Source of the DNA: Dendrobates tinctorius
Lineage: Eukaryota
Assembly (NCBI RefSeq): GCF_039654945.1
Contig: NW_027361728.1
Span: forward strand, 24,800,001 to 24,864,000
Length of the DNA stretch: 64,000 nucleotides
Direction of reading: 5' to 3'
The notes under the pieces were generated by a model. That model saw nothing but the letters and a program-made list of their open reading frames with translations. It was not told the DNA's origin and did not search any database. The position numbers were made by a program, and so were the translations under genes. Positions within the stretch are counted from its first letter, which is position 1. Each line of letters begins with the position of its first letter. Below, piece after piece: positions 22,853-33,289 of the stretch.

Positions 22853-23716
22853 CTACCATAACGAAAACCCATGAAATTTTATTTTTAAAAAATTCTCCTA
22901 CCTTAATAGACTGAATGTATATAGAACCAAATATTTAACTAAGACCACCTAGGATAGGTCGCAAAAGCAATATATACTAACCCAACAGGAAAATTTAGCA
23001 CAATGTACCCTCTCCATTACATAAAAACAGTAATTTTATTTCATCATATAAAAATCCTGTTGGGATGCGATCAAAACAAAATCTACAAACCTATCACCAC
23101 CCAAACAAAAAAGAGGAAGACTAAGTGGACAATGAGGATTTTTTGAAAAAGACAATGCTTTTACCAAAAATAGGACACTGTGAGTTCAAAAATGGCTTAC
23201 TTATTTATTGCACATATCAATTTTAGACGTGCCCATAAAGACTGACCCTCAATCAGAGGTATTCTTCGCCAAGTAGTTATCCCGTAAACTGGGCCATATA
23301 AAATACTAATTGGCCAAGAGTTCCACTACCTGGAAAGATTACTAGTCTAAAGCTTTCCGTCAAAAAATGGGCTTTTGCAATAAACTGCACATGAAATAAA
23401 TAAACCCAAAGTATAAAGCCACTCAGTCAATAAATATCTAAGCATTCTCAATGGCACATAGTCCCCATTGAATGTGGGGATACTATATCATAATCTGAAA
23501 GTCCACAATTAGCATAAAAGAAAACGCATGCCCAGCTCAGACCATAATAGGTTACTTATCTGAATCCAGTCCCATTAGCATCGTCCCTACGCGTTTCACC
23601 CCCTCCAGATATCAGGGCTCATCAGGGGACACAGATTAGGAGCAGTCTCTAATGACATAGTTGTTGGATGGGCGTGCGTTTTCTTTTATGCTAATTGATT
23701 GATTGATTCAGGTGGA
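22853..23716 (-). mobile_element. Penelope-like non-autonomous insert with a hammerhead ribozyme
   Basis: 12-bp duplication ACACCTGTTCCA (22841-22852 / 23717-23728); 29-bp inverted repeat 23506-23534 vs 23669-23697 flanking the ribozyme. Confidence 0.7.
23583..23630 (-). ncRNA. Minimal type I hammerhead ribozyme
   Basis: GTCCC-CTGATGA-GCCC[tgatatctggagg]GGGT-GAAA-CGCG-TA/GGGAC: conserved core, stems I and II, palindromic short stem III, GUA cleavage triplet. Confidence 0.8.
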
Positions 23717-24199
23717 ACACCTGTTCCAGCAGGGATCAGGGCACATTCCACATGGGTGGTGGGTGCCTCTTGGGCCCTTTGGCACCAGGCATCAGCAAAA
23801 CAGGTTTGCAAGGCTGCAACCTGGTCTAGTCTACATACATTTTCAAAGCACTACAATATCCACACTCAGACTTCAGCAGATGTGAGTCTGGTGATAAGGA
23901 TTCTCCAGGCAGCGGTAGCACCCCAATAAACAGTTGGTACTTGTGGCTTAATCCGTTGGGTCAGTTTCCCACCCAGGGACTGCTTTGGGACGTCCCACTG
24001 TCCTGTGTCCCCCAATGAGAAGGAGAAATAGGGATTTTTGTGGTACCCACCGTAAAATCCTTTTCTCTGTGACGCTCATTGTGGGACACAGCACCCACCC
24101 TGTTAGCCTGATGGCTCTTTTTTGTTTTCCTTTTTGATATGTGGATTTCTTGACATATTGTACCTGTGTCAAAATTGATTTTTTTGTTCTCCTACTGCA

Positions 24200-24860
24200 A
24201 TCGTCGCAGGGTTAAATGTGACAAGGCCAGAACTTTAGAAGTAGAGTAGCAGATGTGTTACAATTCTGTTCTGGTCTACTTCCCCTTCTACACAACATAC
24301 TCCAACTCTCCCAGAATGCCACGTACAAAGGGGAGTCCACGTGGAAGAGCTGGCAAGTCCTCCACATGCTGCCGAGGTCTCCCAGAAAGCGGGGCTTCCT
24401 GTAGTTTTTTGTGCTTGATGCCAGATGCTCCTTCCAAATGCACATTCAGGGGGCATAGACGTGACTTAGAGTGGGCATAAAAGAGGTGTGGATGAAGAGT
24501 GGAAGGGATAAAACTTTAATCGCAACCTGGGAAGAGGAGGGTCTATAGTTGCTCAAAAGATGTGTGGAGGACTTCCATCGATAAGATTACTTGTGCAGTA
24601 GCGTTATGAAATGGATGTTTTCACATCCTGCAATTTTCCTACTTGGAACTTATAAGTGAGGACATATCGTTCTTGTGCTTTGTGCACAGGTGGCGGCAGA
24701 CATCCAGGGCCAAGCCATCACTGATCCTGTTAATGGAATGGATAAAGCGCTCTGTTTCCCCTGCACAACTGCAGCTTGGCATGATTGTGCTGCAGTTTCC
24801 TTGACCCTTAAACCCATTGATGACCTATGATATACATTTTCGTCACTGGTCACTCATGAG
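24200..24860 (-). mobile_element. Possible highly decayed L1-clade LINE ORF2 C-terminal fragment
   Basis: Scattered WKEHL, CGGLAS..FHV, VAFW motifs reminiscent of the zf-RVT region; frames broken. Confidence 0.3.
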
Positions 24861-25513
24861 TGGGGTAGTTTCACTCCATACCAAGTAAATGCTGGCTGTG
24901 TTGCACTGCCCGGCATTTGCCTGTAACAGCAGTAACCAGAGCTAGCTCCGATAACTGCTGTTTAACCGTTTAGATGCCGATGCCAATCACTAACAGCAGT
25001 TTTTAAATGTAGTGATTGCCTGTACGCATGCGTACTGGCTCCCATCGACAGGATTGCAGAAAACTGACGGGTTACCAGGTCAGCTGGATGCCTACTGAAG
25101 GCCTCCATGGCTGCCATCTTCGTTCCCCTATGAAGCCCATTACTGCCATCTTGGCATTCTGATGAAGCTCAGACAGAGGAGAACATAATTTATGCTAAAG
25201 TACAGAGCATAAGTGATTGAATGATCATAGGCTTAAATCCTCCTAAGGGTACTAAAATAATAAATGAAATATACAGAAAATGTCTGAAAAAAACATAAAA
25301 AACAAATTTAAAAAATATATAAAAGTTTAATTGACCTTTTTCCCCTTCAAAAGCAAATTAAATCATTTTAAATAATAAACATATTTGGTATCATTGTGTT
25401 TGTAAATGTCCAATCTATCAAAATAGAAATATTTTAATCGAACGTTAAATAGTGAAAAGAAAAACAAATTGAAATGACATCTGCCATTTTCGATAGCTGC
25501 ACTTCCTAATATA

Positions 25514-27119
25514 TACTACCGTTCAAAAGTTTGGGGTCACTCAGACAATTTTGTGTTTTCCATGAAAACTCATACTTTTATTAATCACATGAGTTTGCCA
25601 AATGAATTTAAAATCTAGTCCAGACATTGACAAGGTTCGAAAAAAAGATTTTTATTTGAGATAATAATTTTCTCCTTCAAATTTTGCTTTTGTCAAAGAA
25701 TGCTCCCTTTGCAGCAATTACAACATTGCAGACTTTTGGCATTCTAGCAGCTAATTTGCTGAGGCAATCTGGAGAAATTTCACCCCATACTTCCAGAAGC
25801 CCCTCCCATAAGTTGGTTTTGGCTTAATGGGAACTTTTTGCGTACCATACGGTCAAGCTGCTCCCACAACAGCTCAATGGGGTTGAGATCTGGTGGTTGC
25901 GCTGTCCACTCCATTACAGATAGAAAACCAGCTGCCTGCTTCTTCCCTAAATAGTTCTTGCATAATTTGGAGGTTTGCTTTGGGTCATTGTCCTGTTGTA
26001 GGGTGAAAATAGCTCCAATAAAGCGCTGTCCACAGGGTACGGCATGGCGTTGCAAAATGGAGTGATAGCCTTCCTTATTCAAAATCCCTTTTACCTTCTA
26101 CAAATCTCCCACTTTACCAGCACCAAAGCAACCCCAGACCATCACATTACCACCACCATGCTTGACAGATTGCGTCAGGCACTCTTCCAGCATTTTTTCA
26201 GTTATCTGCGTCTCACAAATGTTCTTCTGTGTGATCCAAACATCTCAAACTTGGATTCATTTATCCATAACACTTTTTTCCAATCTTCTTCTGTCCAATG
26301 TCTGTGTTCTTTTGCCTATATTAATCTTTTCCTTTTATTAGGCAGTCTCCGATATGGCTGTTTCTTTGCCACTCTGCCCTAAATGCCAGCATCCCGGAGT
26401 CACCTCTTCACTGTAGACATTGACACTAGCGTTTTGCGTGTACTATTTAATGAAGCTGCCAGTTGAGGACCTGTGAGGCGTCGATTTCTCAAACTACAGA
26501 TGTACTTGTCTTGTTGCTCAGTTGTGCAGTGGGGCCTCCCACTTCTCTTTCTACTCTGGTTAGAGCCTGTTTGTGCTCTCCTCTGAAGTGAGTAGTACAC
26601 ACCTTTGTAGGAAATCTTCAGTTTCTTGGCAATTTCTCACATGGAATAGCCTTCATTTCTAAGAAATAGACTGTCGAGTTTCACATGAAAGTTCTTTTAT
26701 TCTGGCCATTTTGAGAGTTTAATGGAACCAACAAATGTAATACTCCAGATTCTCAACTAGCTCAAAGGAAGGTCAGGTTTATAGCTTCTCTAATAAGCCA
26801 AACTGTTTTCAGCTGTGCTAACTTACTTGCACAAGGGTTTTCAAGGGTATTCTAACCATCCATTAGCATTCTTACACAGTTAGCAAACACAAAGTACCAT
26901 AAGAATACTGAAGTGATGGTTGGTGGAAATGGGCCTCTATAGACCTATGAAGATATTGCATTACAAACCAGACGTTTGAAGCTAGAATAGTCATTTACCT
27001 CATTAACAATGTATAGAGTGTATTTCTGAATCAATTAATGTTAGCTTCATTGGAAAAAACTGCTTTTCTTTCAAAAATAAGGAAATTTCTAAGTGACCCT
27101 AAACTTTTGAACCGTAGTG
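25514..27119 (-). mobile_element. Full-length-size Tc1 element with a frameshifted transposase
   Basis: TIR (C)ACTACCGTTCAAAAGTTTGGGGTCAC / GTGACCCTAAACTTTTGAACCGTAGTG, TA TSD; QQDNDPK...PDLNPIELLW. Confidence 0.9.
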
Positions 27120-27611
27120 TAGATTAAAGTAAAAAGCAATCAAAACATATGTACTCCAAAGTAGCATAAATAAAAACTACATCTCATCTCGCAAAAATCA
27201 AAAAAGATACAGGTTTCATGAACTGGCAACACAAAGAAAACATCTTTTACAGGTTTCTGAATGCTTTATACCACTAAAACTTAAATAAACCTAATAGGTT
27301 TAGTGTCACTTGCAATAATCATATTGACCTAGCGAATCATATTGCAGGTAATTTTTACTGCACAATTAGCACCGTAAAAACAATTGATGCGGGGTTGCTT
27401 TTGTTTCACCATTTCAGCCCACTTGACATTTTTCTCTAATTTTTAGTACATTATATGGTAAGAGAAATGAAGTCAATCAAAACTACAATTTGATTTGCAT
27501 AAAACTAGCCCTCAAATGGCTAAGAGGATGGAAAAATAAAAAAAAAAATGGCTTTTGAGGGAAGTGGATGACGAAGCAAAAGTGCAAAAATGAAAAATCA
27601 CCATGTCTTAA

Positions 27612-28024
27612 AAGGAAATCTGTTAGCATGATTTTGCTATGTAATCTGAGGACAGCATGAGGTAGGGGTTAAAACACAGAATTCAACAATGTGTCACATG
27701 TCCCACTGTGTGCTGGGGCTTATTTAGACTCAAGGTTTTATCACCTTGTGATTATCATTGCAGGACTACAGAACCACGTGCCTCATGGTCTGACTCCGCA
27801 CCCTCTACGTGATACGCACCTCACTATCTATAGCTATGTACACAGGGAGCCCGGAGTGGGTAGAGTTAGCTTTCTCAGCTCTGCTGCATTGCTAAATCTT
27901 AAAACTCTGTGTCAGAACGCCTGCACCCAGTAAACTAAGTGATACATCGTTTGATTCATAGTGTCTCCCCTATATCATGCTGCTCTCAGGTGAGATAGGA
28001 AAAAAACTTGCTGACAGATTCCTT
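27612..28024. mobile_element. Kolobok-type T2 MITE (a related decayed copy follows at ~28029-28410)
   Basis: TTAA|AAGGAAATCTGTTAGCA...TGCTGACAGATTCCTT|TTAA. Confidence 0.75.
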
Positions 28025-28451
28025 TTAAAAGAGTTACCAGGCTTTAGCTGCCTCATCTGAGAGCTTTATGATGCAGGGGCAGAGACCCTGTTTCCAGTGA
28101 AGCCTCACTTTCTGAGCTTCTTGTTGCAGTTTTGATAAAATCACTGTTTTATCTGTTGCAGATCTACCAGTTCTCTGAATACTTAGCTGTGTATAACCCC
28201 GCCCACACCACTGATAGGCAGCTTTACACTGTGCATAGGCAGAAAACTACCAGTGGTGAAGGCACAGCTATACAGAGTCCTTTACAAACTCCTGCCAATA
28301 AAACTGTGAATTTATCGAAACTACAGAAAACAGCCCAGTAAGTGACACAATGCTGGATTCGGGGTCTGTGTCTACATTATGCCGCTTTCAGAATATGTGG
28401 CAGAAGGCTTTAAAGAAGCACTCATGCAATTTTTGAACCTATATAGTGTAG

Positions 28452-29886
28452 CATAAACTTTTATTAAAGACTTGAGATGAAATGATCTCTAAAAGGCCTA
28501 ATGTTAAAGATGACGCATTTACTTTGTATTTTAGGCAAAAATATATATTTTCATCTTCTACATTTTAAAAATTCCAAAAAGAAAAATGGGCCCATGCAAA
28601 AGTTTGGACACCCTGCACTGTTAGTACCTATCAGTACCCGCTTTTGCAAGTATCACAGCTTGAAAATGCTTTTTGTGGCCAGCCAAGAGTCTTTCAGTTT
28701 TTGTTTGAGGGATTTTCATCCATTCTTCCTTGGAAAATTCTTCCAGTTCTGTGAGCTTCCTGGGTCATCTTGCATTCACTGCTATTTTGAGGTCTACCCA
28801 CAGGTTTTCAATGATGACCAGATCAGAGGACTGTAAGGGCTATTGTAACTTCTTCAGCTTGCGCCTTTTGAGGTAGTCTATTGTGGATTTTAGTGGTTGT
28901 GTTTAGGATCATTATCCATTTGTAGAAGCCATACTCTTTCAACTTTTTTACAAATGATGTTTGCATCAAGAGTTTGATGAAATTTAATTGAATCCATTTT
29001 TTTATCTACCCGTAAAATATTCCCAGTGCTATTGGCTGCAAAACCACCCCAAAGCATGATTGATCTACCCCCGTGCCTAATGGTTGGTGAGATGTTCTTT
29101 TCCTGAAATTCTGTACCATTTTGTCCATACATAACTTTCATCATTGTGGCCAAAGAGTTCTATTTTATCCTAATCGGTCCACAGGACTTGTTTAGACGTT
29201 CTGCATACTTCTGATGCTGAATTTTATGGTGTGGACGCAGAAGAGGTTTTCTTCTGGTGACTCTTCCATGAAGGCCATAGTTGTGCAGGTGTCTCTGAAC
29301 AGTAGAACAATGTACCACAACTCCAGAGTCTGCTAAATCTTTCTGAAGGCCTTTTGCAGTCAAGCTGGGGTTCTGATTTGCCTCTCTAACACTGATATTT
29401 TGCTTAGTCTTCCAGATGTTATCTTGACCTCCACTGTTCATTTTAACTGCCATTTTTTAATTACATTTTGCCAGTTAAATGCTTTGCTATCTTTTTTATA
29501 GCCGCCTTCTGTTTTGTGGGCCTCCACCATTTTCAGTGTGCTACGCAGCTGCTTAGAAAACCCCATGGCTATGTTTTTGTTGGTTTATTTGTTGGCTGGG
29601 TTTTTATAAAGCTGGGAAATTTGCATCACCTGGCCTTTCCTAACAGGCTAATTAAGGTCTGAAACCTTGGTCAAAGTTATCTGAGCACTCAAATCTCCAA
29701 GGGTGCCCAAACTTTTCCATCAGCCAATTTTTCTTTTTGTAATTTTTAAAATGAAAAAAAAAAAAGACTGTGTTATGGGCCTGAAATACCAAGGAAATGT
29801 GTTATATTTATTTAACTTTAGGCCTTTTAGAGATCATTTCATCTTCAACTTGCTTAACTGTTCGCAATAACAGTAATTTTGACCAG
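28452..29886 (-). mobile_element. Decayed Tc1 element with long inverted repeats
   Basis: gagatgaaatgatctctaaaaggcct / aggccttttagagatcatttcatc; HGGRSIMLWG, QMDNDPKH fragments. Confidence 0.8.
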
Positions 29887-29888
29887 TA

Positions 29889-31225
29889 TATAGCTCTGGC
29901 AAAAATTAAGAGACCACTGCATAATTTTCAGTTTGTCTGATTTTCCTCTTTATAGGTATATTTTTGAGTAAACTGTAAATTGCTCTTTTATTCTATAAAC
30001 TACTGACAACATGTCTTCGAATTTCCAAGCACTAAATTTTGCATTTATTTTCAGAAGATGAGAAATGGTCAAAATAACAAAAAAATGCAGTGCTTGCAGA
30101 CCTCAAATAATGCTAAGAAAACAAGTTCATGATCATTTAGAAACTACAATACTAATGTTTTAACTCAGGAAGAGTTCAGAAATCAATATTTTGTGGAATA
30201 ACCATGATTTTTAATCACAGCTTTCATGCATCTTGGCATGCTTTCCACCAGTCTTTCACACTGCTTTTGTGTGACCTTATTCCACTCCTGGTACAAAAAT
30301 TTAAGCAGTTATTTTGTTTGATGGCTTGTGACTATGCATCTTCCTCTTGATTACATTCCAGAGGTTTTCAATGGGGTTCAGGTCTGGAGATTGGGCTGGC
30401 CATGACAGGGATTTGATGTGATGGTCCTTCATTCACACATTGATTGACCTAGCTGTGTGGCATGGCGCATTGTCCTGCTGAAAAAAAAAACAGTCCTCAG
30501 AGTTGGGGAACATTGGCTGAGCAGAAGGAATCAACTGTTTTTCCAGGATAATCTTGTATGCGGCTTGATTCATACGTCCTTAGCAAAGATAAACCTGCCC
30601 AATTACAGCCTTGCTGAAGCATCCCCAGATCATCACCTATCCTCCAACTAAATTTCACAGTGGGTGCAAGACACTGTGGCTTGTACGCCTCTCCAGGTCT
30701 CTTGTCTAACCATTAGATGACCAGGTATTGGGCAAAGCTGAAAATTAGACTCATCAGAGAAGATTACATTAGTCCAGTGCTCTATTGTCCAATCCTTATG
30801 GTCTTTGGCGAACTTCAGCCTGGCTCTCCTTTGCTTCTCATTGATGAAAGGCTTTTTTCTTGCTTTACATAACTTGAGCCATGCCTCTAGCCGGTTATGA
30901 ACTGTTCTTGCCATACGCTTCACCCCAGCTTTCATTTGCCATTCCTGTTGTAGGTCACTTGATGTCATCCTGCTGTTGCTGAGTGACATTCGAATAAGAT
31001 GGCGATCATCCCAGTCAGTGGAGAGTCGTTTTCACCCTCTGCCGGTCTGTAGCTTTGTTGTCCCCAATGTCTGCTGCTTGACCTTGTTGTAATGGACTGC
31101 CGTCTTAGAAATTTTAAGGATGGAGGCAACATGATGCTCACTGTATCCCTCAGCTAGTAAATCCGGAATTGAGCCCTTCTTTTCCTCACTCAAGACTTTT
31201 CTTTTCATCTCCTTTGGCATGGAGT
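29889..31225 (-). mobile_element. Tc1 element lacking its 5' end, decayed transposase
   Basis: TIR (C)AGCTCTGGCAAAAATTAAGAGACCAC; MPKEMKRKVL..., VIFSDESNF, WPAQSPDLNPIE. Confidence 0.85.
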
Positions 31226-31229
31226 TGCC

Positions 31230-31737
31230 AAGATCTCCATCTGCGCTTGCACGGCGGCCATTTTCCCGGAAGGAATCCACCGCACAGGCAAGCAAGCATA
31301 GATGGAACGGCATAGCCCCCCCACGCAGCACGGGACAGAGCGCGGCGGCAAGCACCGGGGGACAGAGGGCGGCGGCAGCATCGGGGGACAGAACGCAGTG
31401 GCAGCACCGGGGGACAGAGCGGGCGTCAGCACACGGAAGCAACAGGTACAGAGCTTGGTGACAGCAACACTGGGGACTTAGCACAGCGGCAGCATCGGAC
31501 ACCCACAGAGGCGCGCCGCACATCAAAACACCCCCTCATCCTAGCAGCAACATTCCACTCCTGCCTCTTCAGGAGCAACCCTGGGACCCCACTTCCCACC
31601 ACCCCCGGTAAGCAATAAGACGCCTGGATTGTAAGAAGCACCATCATTTTATTAAAAAAAAGTTCTTTCCTATTTTTCTTCTCAAAATTTGGGGTGCATC
31701 TTATAATCCGGAGCGTCTTATAAAGCGAAAAATACGG
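31230..31737. mobile_element. pogo/Tc2-like MITE, one end only
   Basis: Terminus GCGTCTTATAAAGCGAAAAATACGG|TA; GC-rich interior. Confidence 0.65.
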
Positions 31738-31896
31738 TATATACTAGTCGTGGAGTAAAACTTGGTGCTTGGTTAGTTTTTACTAATTTGCATCTAATAT
31801 GAATATTACCCCTTCTGATTGGTATACAAACACGTATGATGTGCTGTTTGTATTTTCATCAGAGATGCCATGTAATGTGATTTTTGTCACACTTAG

Positions 31897-31991
31897 GGAT
31901 TCTGAATGCAAGAGAAGAGCTCGGAAAGAAGGCAATGAGCATAAAATGATGCAGAATCGGAGAAATGGCTGCTCTCTTCAGAATAATACAG
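31897..31991 (+). CDS. ZMAT3: ZMAT3 penultimate coding exon (basic linker / NLS region)
   Basis: acttag|G...ACAG|gtattc; 95 nt, phase 2 to 1; DSECKRRARKEGNEHKMMQNRRNGCSLQNNT resembles RRARKEGNEFKMMPNRRN; frame joins both neighbouring exons. Confidence 0.93.
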
Positions 31992-33289
31992 GTATTCTAT
32001 GAGGGAGACTTGTCCAGGCTGGTTTATAGAATAGGCCTGATGGAGTACTGGATTATGGTCACCATGGTAACAGATGATGAATGTGTTTGCTGGGGCCATG
32101 TTACATGCATAGTGTATAGTGAGGTGCACTTTTCTGTAGAATTAAATAGAATTTCAATGAGCTACATCTACCTGATACAAACTAAAATATAATCCCAAAT
32201 CGTGTTTCAATCAAGATTTCAGAGGAAGCGATCTTTATTCCAGATGTAAACTTTCTTGGCTGGTGAGAACTGATTTTTCTTTTGCAATCTGTTACCTTTG
32301 TGTAACGATCTCCAGGATAATTGAACTAATCATCGCCTTACATCACCATTATTGAAATCCCCAGGACCTGAAGTAAGCGTACTGTATTTATGCTGCGTCT
32401 GCAGGAGCAAGCTTAATCACAATTATTTTCCACTGCTGATACCATATGGCAGGCCGCTGTTTCATGGTAGTATTTTTTATCGGTTTTACATTATTGTTTA
32501 AGTTGAGTTTTAAGTTGCGGAAATGAAATGTACTGATGGAACGAAATACAATGTAAACCTATAGTCCATATTGTGTATGTGCCACGGCAGGGATCCAAAG
32601 TGCTCTCTCCCCGCTTACAAATGGAGATACGCAGCATAGAGACAGACGCGCTTTACATTTATGCTAGGTTTTAATTGTCAAAGTTGTGAAGAGTCTTTAG
32701 CTCTTCACAGTCCTCATTACTTTTGTGGATTTTATAGTTACTACTATCACATTCTCATTCTAAATATATATGCATAACGTAAGAGAGCAGATACAGATCA
32801 CCGTAATAAACTCTGCCTTGCCATATACTTTTTCTTGTGACTTTCAGTTGTACTTCTGTATAGTAAGTCTTGACAACAAGATGAAGGCTATACAGTGCAT
32901 TGCATGACATTGTTGTATCATGGCACTGCTGCAGCCAATCAGTTGCCACTAATTGGCTGCAGCCTTCACTATCCTATCAAAGTAGACATCCACTCTGATG
33001 GAATACAAAAAGGCTACCACAAATTTGCTGTAGTGGTCACGTCACATAATAATCTCATGTGATCTCTGAATCAGGGTGCCCACATCGCAAGAGCACTGTC
33101 ACTTTGGGAACTTTTTTTTTTTTTTTTGGTGGGGCCCTTAAGCAATTAATGGTGAGTTGTCCTGTATTGGACAAACCCTTTCCGTTTTTAGACATATCCA
33201 TATGTTCCTGTGGCCTGGTTCTTTACTCTCTTTGGACGTATGGATACGTCTAGGCGATTTTGCACTCAGACTCTGTGCGTGCGATTGCC

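Larger units (their letters stand above)
21410..23929 (+). pseudogene. DIRS tyrosine recombinase, interrupted by two insertions
   Basis: SARKPASARIY, QISALSV, SIRRVSEL|AALS, FLPKVVSSFHINEDIVLPSF, RAHSTW (HxxR arginine replaced by W), TFSKHY. Confidence 0.85.
16352..24197 (+). mobile_element. DIRS1-like tyrosine-recombinase retrotransposon, decayed, with three nested insertions
   Basis: TTTCTC 5' terminus with its complement (ICR) at 24000-24028; gag, RT (YLDD), RNase H (TDAS, SDN), MT-like and YR remnants in the expected order. Confidence 0.92.

Noticed and set aside
31032-31526. 164-aa ORF joining GC-rich sequence to a Tc1 N-terminus
   Set aside because: Chance read-through across a junction of two truncated TEs; the transposase part stops early
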